DNA from: Thermoanaerobaculia bacterium
GTDB lineage: Bacteria > Acidobacteriota > Thermoanaerobaculia > Multivoradales > Multivoraceae
Assembly: GCA_963664405.1 (NCBI GenBank)
Contig: OY761158.1
Span: 832,001-896,000 of the forward strand
DNA: 64,000 nt
Reading direction: 5' to 3'
Below the pieces are notes generated by a model that saw only the letters and a list, made by a program, of their open reading frames with translations, was not told where the DNA came from and searched no databases. The position numbers were made by a program, and so were the translations under genes. Below, one piece after another: positions 52,854 through 62,642 of this stretch. Position 1 is the first letter of the stretch. Each line of letters opens with the position of its first letter.

Positions 52854-54834
52854 GTAGAGTCGAGAGGTGGCGCGGTGACGAAGGAACGGCCTATCTGTTT
52901 CCGGCCCTTTCGGTTGCCGGTGCCTCACTATCCGCTCCATGCTCCGTTTCCACCTCCCGCTCATCAAACCGGACGTGCGGTTTTCCCGCATCCGGCTTTC
53001 GGACAGAGAATCACGCGTTCGCCCACGGAAGGTTACGCGGTCGCCCTTGCAGCTCGACCAAGCCAAGCTGCTCGTGCAAGTACTCGTCTGAGTAGCGTGT
53101 GATACCCCGACCTTGCACTTTGTGCTTCCGACGCAACCACTGACGAAGCCTTCTTCGGGCATGACGATCCAAGGCCCTGTAGTCGGTGCTGACCGGGCCG
53201 AGGTGGAAGTAGTTCGCCCACCCGACCATCAGCCGGTTGAGACGGGCCACTCGATCTTCGACATCGGTCCGCAACCAACGGCGCTCGGTTGCCTCGCTGA
53301 TCGCTCGGACTACCTTTCGTACTGCCTTTCTTGAAGGTCGGGTACCCAGATAGGCGTGACCCGTTCTCCAGGAGTAGCAACGGCCGATCGTGTAGCCCAA
53401 GAAGTCGAAACTCTCTTCCGGCAGAGAGCACACGCGCGTCTTGCGCTCGTTCACCGTGAGCTCCAACCGATTCATCAGCTTCCGCATCGCCGCCAGCGCC
53501 TCGTCGGCGCGATGGACACAGCAGATCACCAAGTCGTCGGCATAGCACACGATCTCTCCGCCGAATCGGTCGGCATGACCGAGGAGCCTCCAACCTAGAA
53601 TCACGCGACGCATGTAGAGGTTGGCGAGTAGCGGTGAGATTGGAGCACCTTGAGGGCACCCTCGTCTCGTATCTTTCGCTCGAGTCGTCCGACTCTGTCT
53701 CCCGCGCCTGTCGATCTCAATCACCGGTGACTCGAGCCACATCTTGATCAGATGCAGCACGCGACCGTCGCTCACGCGACGGGCTACCGACTTCTTGAGA
53801 CCGGCATGTGGGATGCTGTCGAAATACCCGGCCAGATCCGCATCGACCACCTCTTCGTGCCCCGTGTTGACCAACGAGTGGACCCGACGAACAGCGTCGA
53901 GAGCACTGCGCCCCCGACGGTAGGCGTACTGCTCCAATGGCAGGTCCGCCTCGAAGATCGAGTCCAGAATCAAAGTCACCGCGGTCTGGGTCACGCGGTC
54001 TCGAATCGTGGGAATCCCTAGCGCACGACGACCGCCGTCGGCTTTCGGGATCCACACTCGAAGAACCGGTTGTGAACGGTACCCGCGGCTCCTGAGATCC
54101 TCCGCCAGTCCACCCAACCAACGCTCGTCGCCCGACGACTCGATGTCCTCGAAGCTCTCTCCGTCTACACCCGCGCTTCCACCGTTTTGACGGCAGAGAC
54201 GGTAGGCGAAACGGAGCACATCCTCGCGGAACACTTTGTCGTAGAGAGAGTAGAAGCGATACTCGGGCAGCTCCTTCGCTTTTGCGTGCAACGCTGCTTG
54301 AAGCTTCCGAACGCTTTCTGGAGTTGCTAGGCTCACGCCAATCTCCTCGCTCTTGCTTGCTCAGCGTTGACCCTGAACCAAGGCCCCTTCCCTCCACCTG
54401 AGTTACCAGATCTCACCGGTACTACGGGCCTCTCCGCCACCCTGCCTGGCCGAATCTGCCCCTCACGGGGTCTTCGTTGGACACACGCTGTCCACCTGAC
54501 AGGGCTTCCCGTGTTCCGCACGACTCCCATTTCCATGCATGCCAGCGTCACTACCCCGGCGGAACCCCTCGACCGATGTCGCTCGACAACCGAGGGGCGG
54601 CGGCCTTCCCCAGCTTCTGGGTGGGTCGGCTTCCGCGGCTTACCGTTTCGAGGCCTGCTCAACGTTCACTCATATTCCTGCCTGCATGTTCGCCAGGTCA
54701 CCTTGTGACCTTCTACACCGAAGGCTTCGACGGATTCGTTACCTCCTCCGCCGCTCCGATTGCTACCGGGTGGAGCGACTAGCTCCCGGGTGGGAATTGC
54801 ACCCACTGAGAATCGCCGGCTTTTCACGGCGCAC
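52854..54834 (-). mobile_element. group II intron (IEP lacks endonuclease domain)
   Basis: 5' GTGCG, 3' ...CTCTAC, domain V GAGCCGGATGCGGGAAAACCGCACGTCCGGTTT; EBS1 candidate CAGAAGC complements exon end GCTTCTG. Confidence 0.93.
53011..54336 (-). CDS. ltrA: group II intron reverse transcriptase/maturase
   Basis: IPKADG.RALGIPTIRDRV, DADLAGYFD, GCPQGAPISPLLAN, YADD, FDFLG, GWANYF. Confidence 0.95.
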   Translation of the reverse strand: MSLATPESVRKLQAALHAKAKELPEYRFYSLYDKVFREDVLRFAYRLCRQNGGSAGVDGESFEDIESSGDERWLGGLAEDLRSRGYRSQPVLRVWIPKADGGRRALGIPTIRDRVTQTAVTLILDSIFEADLPLEQYAYRRGRSALDAVRRVHSLVNTGHEEVVDADLAGYFDSIPHAGLKKSVARRVSDGRVLHLIKMWLESPVIEIDRRGRQSRTTRAKDTRRGCPQGAPISPLLANLYMRRVILGWRLLGHADRFGGEIVCYADDLVICCVHRADEALAAMRKLMNRLELTVNERKTRVCSLPEESFDFLGYTIGRCYSWRTGHAYLGTRPSRKAVRKVVRAISEATERRWLRTDVEDRVARLNRLMVGWANYFHLGPVSTDYRALDRHARRRLRQWLRRKHKVQGRGITRYSDEYLHEQLGLVELQGRPRNLPWANA

Positions 54835-55325
54835 CAGAAGCGGTGGTAGAGCCAGACTGCGTGAGTGATGATCTCGGGCGGAAACCGGTGACCGCGGTAG
54901 CTGGGCGTGCTGCTTTTCATGGGCCGACTCTGCCACCCATCGGCTCAACCTGACAGTACCTCGGGCAGGGCCGGAATCAGAACCGACTCGATGCCAAAGG
55001 CCGCAGCGATCTGTTGCTCGGAATCCGAATGCATCCTACCGACAGCCTACCGTGAGCCGGGTCGCGCCAAAAGGCAGGAGGTTCGCCAAGACGCGCCTTT
55101 CTCGATTATCAGCGTTTCCAACTTCCAAGCCTGGCATCTCGACATCGACGTCCGATAAGCGCGGCTTGAACGAAGGCCGCTACGCGGCAGTCTCGGAATC
55201 CGGATCGAAGACGGACGGATACTCCGGCACGGTGGGATCTAGCTTGAGCTAGTCAAGGTCTAGGAAAGTCTCCATCCTCTTGGTTTGGCGTCAATGCCGA
55301 CGCCTGCAACGAGGAGGACCCTGTC

Positions 55326-56186
55326 ATGGGTGCACTGAGAGATCGGATGGAGACGGACATGAAGCTGCACGACTTTCGACCGGCGACCCAATCGCAGTAC
55401 TTGCACTGCGTGCGCCGGCTGGCGAAGCACTACGGGCGCTCGCCCGATGAGCTGTGCGAAGAGGAGGTGCGCAGTTTCCTGCTCTACCTACGCGAGGACC
55501 GTGCTTTGAGCTCGGCGAGTATCAGCACCTACACGGCGGCGCTGAAGTTCTTCTACGGGATCACCCTTCACCGCGAGGAGATGGTGCCCTCGTTAGGCGC
55601 TCCGAAGGTGCGCAGGCAGCTTCCGGTCATCCTCTCGGGCACCGAGGTCGCGGCGGTGCTTGGCGCGATCCGCTCGCACGAGCTGCGTACGTTGGCCACG
55701 GTTCTGTACGCTTCGGGCCTGCGCATCAGCGAAGCGTGCGCGCTGGAGGTGTCAGACATCGACTCCGAGCGCATGCTGATCCATGTGCGCGACGGTAAGG
55801 GCGGCCGCGACCGCTTCGCCCTTCTCAGCCCGCAGCTGCTCAAGGTGCTGCGTCGATACTTCCGCAAAGAGCGCCCCGAGCCGCCCTATCTGTTTCCCGC
55901 TCCGCGCTCCGGCAAGACGTTGCGCCCCGACACGGTGCGTAAGAGCCTGCATCGGGCGGCTTTGCGCTGCGGGATTGTCAAGCGTGTGACCCCACACCTG
56001 CTGCGTCACTGCTTTGGCGCCCACATGCTGGAACTGGGCACTGATATCCGTGTGCTGCAGGCGCTGTTGGGTCACCGCTCGATCCGCACGACCCAGCTGT
56101 ACGTACAGGTCTCCACCCAGCTGATCGCGCGCACCCCAAGCCCGTTGGACCTGCTCGGCACTCCCGCGGGCAAGGTCCTCGGATAA
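55326..56186 (+). CDS. tyrosine recombinase/integrase (N-terminal SAM-like domain)
   Basis: YASGLRISE, GKGGRDR, TPHLLRH, LLGH...TTQLY. Confidence 0.93.
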   Translation: MGALRDRMETDMKLHDFRPATQSQYLHCVRRLAKHYGRSPDELCEEEVRSFLLYLREDRALSSASISTYTAALKFFYGITLHREEMVPSLGAPKVRRQLPVILSGTEVAAVLGAIRSHELRTLATVLYASGLRISEACALEVSDIDSERMLIHVRDGKGGRDRFALLSPQLLKVLRRYFRKERPEPPYLFPAPRSGKTLRPDTVRKSLHRAALRCGIVKRVTPHLLRHCFGAHMLELGTDIRVLQALLGHRSIRTTQLYVQVSTQLIARTPSPLDLLGTPAGKVLG

Positions 56187-56204
56187 CCGCGCGCTACAGC
56201 AACC

Positions 56205-57431
56205 GTGCACCCCCAGCAGGGGTGCGCTCGGCAGCTCGACCGCAAAGCGGGTCGGTCTCGCTATGACCTGGGCGAGATCTTCCGGGCGCACATCGACGCC
56301 TTCCGTGACCGCCACTTCTTGAGTCCTTTACAGGCTCAGGTGGTGCGGGCGATCTGTGCCTGCCGCACCGCGCAGCTGGGCGGGCATCTGGACGTGTGTC
56401 GGGACTGCGGCTATAGGCGCCCTGCGTATAACTCATGCCGGAATCGTCACTGCCCCAAGTGCCAGGCGCTGGATCAGCACCGTTGGCTCGAGCGGCGCCT
56501 GTCTCGCATTCTCCCGGTCGGCTACTTTCACGTCGTCTTCACCCTGCCGGGGGAGCTCGCCTCAGTGGGTCTGCGCAACCGCCGCCTTGTCTACGAGCTG
56601 CTCTTCCGAGCCGCGGCGGAAACGCTTCTGACCCTCGGCAAGGATCCCCAACGGCTCGGAGCCCTGCTCGGCATCACGATGGTGCTGCACACCTGGACTC
56701 GGGACCTGCGTTTCCACCCCCATATCCACGCCATCGTCACCGGCGGAGGACTCAGCCTCGACGGACGGCGGTGGCTCTCGACGGGCGAGAAGTATCTGTT
56801 TGCCGTCAAGCTTCTGGGGAGGCTGTACCGCGGTAAGTTTCTCGGCCACCTGGCCCGTGCCTACAAAGACGGACAGCTCGACCTGCCACGAGATCTGGCC
56901 GAGGACGGTGGCTTCGATCGCCTGCTGTCGAAGCTCTACGCCAAGGACTTCATCGTCTACGCCAAGCGTCCCTTCGCCGGTGCGCAGCAGGTCTTCTCCT
57001 ACCTGGGCCGCTATACCCATCGAGTCGCACTGTCCAACCACAGAATCCTCAACGTCACGGAGCAGGCCATCACCCTCGCCACGCGCGATGGCAAGACCGT
57101 GACGCTCTCTCCCGAGGAGCTCATCCGCCGCTTTGTGCTGCACGTCCTGCCCCGACGATTCCAAAAGATTCGCCACTATGGACTCATGGCCTCGGCCAAC
57201 GTCCACTCTCGCCTCGAGCGAGCCCGCGCTCTGCTCGAGTCCACCGCCACAGCGACCCAGGCCGAAACCTCCCACCCCATCCCCATCGAGTCGGAAACCA
57301 CAAACGAGCTCCTCCAACGCCTCACCGGCATCGACCTCGCGATCTGTCCCGCCTGCCAAGGTCCCCGCCTCCAACGTTTCCCCCTCGACCCTCCTGCCTA
57401 CGCCCGGCCTCCACCGGTGGCGGCCGCGTGA
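56205..57431 (+). CDS. IS91-like (Y2 HUH) transposase with Zn-binding domain
   Basis: CRT..LGG...YNSCRNRHCPKC, FHVVFTLP, HTW...HPHIH, YLGRY, KIRHYG. Confidence 0.93.
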   Translation: MHPQQGCARQLDRKAGRSRYDLGEIFRAHIDAFRDRHFLSPLQAQVVRAICACRTAQLGGHLDVCRDCGYRRPAYNSCRNRHCPKCQALDQHRWLERRLSRILPVGYFHVVFTLPGELASVGLRNRRLVYELLFRAAAETLLTLGKDPQRLGALLGITMVLHTWTRDLRFHPHIHAIVTGGGLSLDGRRWLSTGEKYLFAVKLLGRLYRGKFLGHLARAYKDGQLDLPRDLAEDGGFDRLLSKLYAKDFIVYAKRPFAGAQQVFSYLGRYTHRVALSNHRILNVTEQAITLATRDGKTVTLSPEELIRRFVLHVLPRRFQKIRHYGLMASANVHSRLERARALLESTATATQAETSHPIPIESETTNELLQRLTGIDLAICPACQGPRLQRFPLDPPAYARPPPVAAA

Positions 57432-57764
57432 TCCCACGCCTTTCTCTTCCCGCGCTCCCGGTCCCGCCGCGGACAAGGCGGAGGTGTGCCCGCGGTGGCT
57501 CCGAACCCAAAATCGAGACGCCGGTGGACCTCCCAGGGGCCGCGCAGGCGCCTGACCGCAACCCAGTGCACCTCTGGAACTACCTCACAACCCTCGACCT
57601 GGGGCGCGTCGCGCGCAGCACAGCCTGCCAACGAGGCTGATAACCCCATACACAACCGCTCGTCTGGCGGCCTCCGCTCAAGCCAGGTCTAGCAGAATCC
57701 CGCTCGGGTAGATCCGCGCGACGACGAACCTCCTGCCTCGCGGGACTCTGCGAGATCCTTCTCC

Positions 57765-58164
57765 TTACCGAGCCAGGGTGGTGAGTCAATGAGGACAAAG
57801 TCGTAGTCGTCTTTGATCTTGGCCAGGGCGTCACGAAGCATGGCATTGCCGCTCTTTTTGACGACAGCGCCAATGTCGTGGCGGTGATTCTTGCTCGAGG
57901 CTAGGAGATGCGGATCCACGGTCTCGTTCTTGAGGATGAGCTTTTTCAGCGCCTTCCGGCTCGTGAGTCCGTGATACAGGGTCGTGCCGGCGAGCTCGAG
58001 CTCGTCGGGTTCGTAGCCTGCATATTTGTGAGGCTTGCTTGTGGATCTGTGTCGACCATGAGCACGCGCTTGCCTTGTTGAGACAGGGCATAGGCAAGAT
58101 TGATCGTACTCGTTGTCTTTCCGACACCTCCTTTTTGATTCACGATTGCGATGGTGGTGGTCAT
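57765..58164 (-). pseudogene. ParA/Soj ATPase, frameshifted and truncated
   Basis: [19 protein letters not shown]; frame change near 58026; YDFVLIDSPP then lost. Confidence 0.85.
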
Positions 58165-58173
58165 AAAGTGTGC

Positions 58174-58473
58174 TCACTCGTCGAGGCGGCGCTTCCACAC
58201 TCGTTCGTGGCGGCTGCCGTGCACGACAGCGATAATCTCAAGCCAGTCCTCTTGTGGCGAGTAGTACACGAGGTAAGGGAATGGTCGAGGGAGAAGTGCC
58301 CTCCGGACTTCGGGGAACACCTTCTCTGATGAATTTGGAAACAGTGTGAGCTGCTCGTAGGCGAGCTCGAGCGCCGCGAGAAAACGCGTTCCGAGCCCCG
58401 GTAACGCATGGTCGTAGGCCAAGGCGATCTCCTCAATCTCTACCCTGACACCTGGCCGGTAGCGTAGCTTCAC
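58174..58473 (-). CDS. RelE/ParE-family toxin
   Basis: GLGTRF, PFPYLVYY, IAVVHGSR. Confidence 0.85.
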   Translation of the reverse strand: MKLRYRPGVRVEIEEIALAYDHALPGLGTRFLAALELAYEQLTLFPNSSEKVFPEVRRALLPRPFPYLVYYSPQEDWLEIIAVVHGSRHERVWKRRLDE

Positions 58474-58485
58474 ACGCGATGATGC

Positions 58486-58710
58486 TTACTGCAGTCGCTT
58501 CCGAATTTCTCGGTGCGCGTCCTCGACGGGAACGCCGGCGTCAGGGTTCGCCTTCGCTTCTGCAAGACGAGCCTCCAACATTCCCTTGAGTTCTGGTGTG
58601 AGCCCAAACTCCACATCGCCTGACAGAGAGCTGTACACCTCGTCGGCGATCTCCAACTGTTCATCGCGTGGAAGGCGCTTGACCTCCTTTTGGACTTCGA
58701 TTTTGGTCAT
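58486..58710 (-). CDS. addiction-module antitoxin (TIGR02574-like)
   Basis: LPRDEQLEIADEVYSSL...LEARL...NPDAG; upstream of the toxin. Confidence 0.8.
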   Translation of the reverse strand: MTKIEVQKEVKRLPRDEQLEIADEVYSSLSGDVEFGLTPELKGMLEARLAEAKANPDAGVPVEDAHREIRKRLQ

Positions 58711-59119
58711 ACCCTCTCAGAATAGACCCTCTGGTGAGTGTGTCAAGAGCTGCTAAGAGGAGTGGAGGAACGCCTTTCTGGCAAGCCTGCGTGCCATGCC
58801 TTCCTGCGGCGGCGTTGCCCGCACGACGTCGCCGGCGACGCGCAACCCGCGCTCGTTGTCGATGGAGGTGGGCCTGGAGACTCGTCGAGCTTCGGCGGGC
58901 GGTCTCTTCTTGGGCGTGGCGTGCTCATCTTGCCGAACCGCCGTGCTAGTGAAGCGCGCCGTGGAGAGCGGTGAGTGTGTCTATCCAGAGCTTCAAACCG
59001 GTACGGGTGGCCTCTGCACTTTCAAGCTGGGCCTTCTCGTGTGCGATGTGCGTGTTCCGGAAGTCGTAGGACTCCTGGAGAAGGGGGTCGAGGAACAAGC
59101 GAACGAAATCGTACGCTAA

Positions 59120-61124
59120 GGGTCGGCGCGGAAATAACTTCACATTATCGCCGGAGCGTGTGAGGCCGAGGCGCCACAGGGCGGTCGCTGCATTGGAGGT
59201 GGTGGTGAGCTGAGCCCAGGCTGTGGGGCAAGCTCTTCCTGCTCGGTTCGCGGTCTCGGCGAGAGGGTGTAGTTCCACTTTCCTAGGAAGTCGCTCCTGG
59301 CCACCGCGAGCTGCAGCATTTCCTTGTCCGATACCCTGACTCCTTTCTGGTATTGGCGTTGATCACGGCACGGCTCGACGCGCAGTCCGGTGGATGTCGT
59401 CGTGTTGCGGACGAGGTTGACGAGGATCTCGAAACTCTCGAGAGGAACTCCGGCCCAGTTCTTGCTGATCTCGCTGAACATCCTGTGCTCGATGGGATTC
59501 CATTTACTGGTGCCAGTTGGATAGTGGGCGACGGTGATGATGAGGCCGCACTTGTCTACGAGCTTCTCCTGGAGGTACTTCTTCCAGGCTCGAAGCCGTG
59601 CGCCGTTGCTTGCGCCGCTGTCGGCAAGAATGAGGAGACGCTGAGACGCCGGATAGTGAGATCGACCGTATTTGAGCCACCAGGTCGCGATGCTGTTGAC
59701 AGCGAACTCCGGCGTGTCCGACGACTGTCCGAGGACGAGAACGCCGAAGTTCCTCTGAAGATCGTAGATCCCATAGGGGGAGGCGATGGCGAGAGCTTCG
59801 GACCGGAAGTCGTGATCCTTGACCCGCTTGGCCTCGCGGCACCATGTCTGTCCCTGGTTCTTGAACCGACCGATCAGCTCCTTCTTCTTCGTATCGACGC
59901 TGATGATCGGGTCGCCAGCGCTTGTGAAATCCTCGCGCAGTCGCTTGATGGCCTTGAACTGTGCATCACGATCTGGGGAGTTCCCCGAAGACAGACATTT
60001 CCTATTGCTCTTGAGGGAATAGTTCAGGTCTGCGAGCAATCGACGCACCACCGTAGCCGATACGATGATGTCAAGGCGTTCGGCAAGGCATTGGGCCACC
60101 TTTGCAGCGGTCTCGTGCGTCCATCTTTTTGATGACATGGGATCACCAGCTATATCGGCCTCGAGTATGGAATGGATTCCATCGACTATCTCGGGCGTTT
60201 TTTTTCCACTCGTTGGTTGCCACCGCCTGCTCTTCGAACTCTTCCGCGCTCCACGGAGCCGCCGAAGAGCTCGCGACGTCCTTTTGCGACTGTATGAGGG
60301 TCCAGGTCCAGAAGATCGGCGATCTTCCGGTCGCCGCCATGCCCGAGCTTGGTCGCTTCCAGGCCAGCGAAGAGCCGCCGCTGGCGTTCGTCTAGCAGGC
60401 TGAAGAATAAAACGATGGCAGCCCTGAGCTCCTCGGGGAGCACTTCTGGAACGAGGCTGGCAGCTACATCCTGGAGAGCCTGCCGTTCGTTGCGCATCAG
60501 CTTCTGCTGACGACGGCGCCCTGTTTCCGAGCACAAGTATACGAACCTCTTCCCAACTCTGGATCGTACGATTCTCTTGCGACGAACGAGGTGCAACATC
60601 GCGTGCTTGACCTCGACCTGCAGCAGGAGCTCGAGTTCAGAAGCCGTATAGCCGGCAGCGGACCGGTCCACGGCAGCCACCGCAGTTTCGAGGAGGCTGC
60701 CATGCCGACTGAACCTCGCCGAACCGCACGACCACAAACCCAGATCGTCGAAATCGGGAATCTCGTTCAAGGTATAGAACCGCCCTCGATCCGAGTAGCT
60801 GGCCAAATAGCCCAATCGAGACAGCGAACGGTAGACCGTCATGGTGGCTCGGGTTCCCATGGCGTCCTTGAGCTCATCCATGGTGGCCATCTGTTCGCTC
60901 ATCAAGAGCTCGCGCACTGTTGCATCACGATCTTCGGCTCGTACCATTTGGTATAGTTCCCCTTCCAAAAGAGGTGACAGGGGAAACTATACCAAATGCG
61001 GGCAGGGCTATGCTAGCTCTAAACCTTGCAAACAAGGCGCGTACCGGAGGATTATGCGGTGGCTGAAGAAGGGGGCAGTGGTATGGTCACCCCAGATACT
61101 GGAAACTTATTTCCGCGCCGACCC
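59120..61124 (-). mobile_element. ISAzo13-family insertion sequence
   Basis: IRs GGGTCGGCGCGGAAATAA; TAA duplicated at 59117-59119 and 61125-61127. Confidence 0.88.
59140..60968 (-). CDS. ISAzo13 transposase in two frames (frameshift at A8)
   Basis: LDERQRRLFAG...VEKK / KTPEI...AGDPM, ISVDTKKKE, HYPTGTSKWNPIEHRMF; T8 at 60198-60205 on the + strand. Confidence 0.85.
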
Positions 61125-61158
61125 TAAGGCCCGGTCCGAAGTCCGATACCGTTCTCCG

Positions 61159-61515
61159 GTGCCGACGACCAAGCGGCCGCATACGGCAGCTACCTCGGAG
61201 ACGTAGAAGAAGCAGACCTTCGAAGCTACTTCTTTCTCGACGACGGAGGACCATCGGAACGTGGCGCGCCGGAGAGGCGACGCCAATCGTCTCGGGTACG
61301 CGATTCAGCTCTGCACGGTCAGGGCGCTCGGCAGGTTCTCGCCAAACCCTGGTGATGCTCCTCTCGGCGCGGTCGTGTACCTTGCCGCTCAGCTGGGGCT
61401 TCCGGATGCCACGAGCCTCTCTAGGTACGCAGATCGTGCCGAAACTCATCGGGTGTTGATGGCTGCGAGAAAGCGCATCCCGTTGGCTGCGAGCGCAGTT
61501 TCCGGGGTGGAGTGA
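61159..61515 (+). pseudogene. Tn3 transposase N-terminal (DUF4158) fragment
   Basis: DDQAAAYG...YFFLDD / RRRGDANRLGYAIQLCTVRALGRF, frameshifted. Confidence 0.8.
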
Positions 61516-61980
61516 GCTAAGGGCTTCGCGACCGGGAAAGCTAGGCATTCTTCAGGAGGGCGGCATCATCCCGCCGGGACGGCGGTCCGGGTGCGTGGTC
61601 CCGGCGGCGTGTTTGCGGCCGGAAGAGATGCGTGCGTCGTTGTAAGGGTTTTGCAGTGCGGGCTCTGCTCTGATAGCGCGCTTAGCGTACGATTTCGTTC
61701 GCTTGTTCCTCGACCCCCAACTCGCGACAGGGGACCATGGATGTCAGCCGGTTCGTTTCTTGAGGGCGAGTAGGGGAGTCTTCCACAGAAGTCGCGGAAA
61801 TGTCTGCGGAAAACAGCTGCGGGGGCGGTCGTGAATGTGCACCCCAAGGCGCTTATTCTGGTTTGACCAAGTTCTTGTGCACCCCGCTGGTAGTCCCACA
61901 GATTCGCGACCAGAACCGAGGGAGGCCGCCTCTGTTTTGCGGCACCAACATCTCCGCGAACTCGTCGACGACATGTCGCC

Positions 61981-62112
61981 TCAGATCCGAATTCGCTCGA
62001 TTTCAGCGAGAGAGATGCGCTCAGGATTGCGATTGTAGAGCTGTGTGGTGCGCGTTGAGGCGTGGCCTGCGATCTGCGCGGCTGTCTCCAAGGTTCCACC
62101 ATTGGCGAGATA
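61981..62112 (-). pseudogene. tyrosine recombinase C-terminal fragment cut by the MITE
   Basis: YLANGGTLETAAQIAGHASTRTTQLYNR...EIERIRI*. Confidence 0.82.
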
Positions 62113-62524
62113 GGATCTGCGGGGGCATTTGAACGAAAACTTACGGTTCCGGTCGCTCGGAGGTAGTGGCCAGTTGGTCGGTCCCAATTGCCCAGCCCTT
62201 GGTACGGTTCCGCGTTCTTCGCCTATCGTGTTCGTTATCTTATCTAGCTTCAAGAAGAGCGTGTTGGGCTAGTGTAGTCCGACCTTGAAACCGCACCCGA
62301 GCCCTCTGGCTCCTGAGTATCAGGCGCTACGCGTCCCGGTCACCGCTCTCATGAGGCGCCACGAACGAGGACTGCTCTGAACAATCCAGGGGGTGATCGG
62401 CATCAGTGAAAACCGTCCTCCTCCGGAACGCTTTCTCTCGGGCCGCCAGCGACGCCACTCGGTTGCGGGAACGAACTCGAGCGACCGGAACCGTAAGTTT
62501 TCGTTCAAATGCCCCCGCTGGTCC
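62113..62524. mobile_element. 412-bp MITE, copy 2 (same orientation as copy 1)
   Basis: Matches 36753-37164 except one substitution seen (G37044 vs C62404). Confidence 0.88.
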
Positions 62525-62642
62525 AGGAAAGCGATATCCTACCTTCAAGTTCTCAACAAAATGCCATCTCTGCCACCGTACCGACGTGCTAGTAGCCAGG
62601 CACTCTCTAGATCGCTCCGATAGTCGAGCAGACAGCTACCCG

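Larger units (their letters stand above)
52175..54960 (-). mobile_element. IS6-family element, interrupted by a group II intron
   Basis: IRs GGCACTGTCAAGTT / GGTACTGTCAGGTT; tnp exons 54920-54835 and 52853-52237 join as YHRFCLSFRDVEDL; extra base near 52825; no TSD. Confidence 0.92.
59083..61718 (+). mobile_element. internally deleted Tn3-family element
   Basis: 38-bp IRs GGGGGTCGAGGAACAAGCGAACGAAATCGTACGCTAAG at 59083 and inverted at 61681-61718; no TSD. Confidence 0.88.

Noticed and set aside
53011-54336. Retron, DGR or defence-associated reverse transcriptase
   Set aside because: Group II intron boundaries, domain V, a maturase domain and clean exon rejoining are all present
58946-59082. 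C-terminal fragment of a restriction/helicase gene (DFRNTHIAH)
   Set aside because: It looks like a real gene tail cut by the Tn3 IR but is too short to assign without a search
36745-62532. Target-site duplication around the MITE pair
   Set aside because: Flanks (ATCCT/AATAC and AGATA/AGGAA) show no direct repeat; the outer TCCT/AGGA inverted match is too short to interpret
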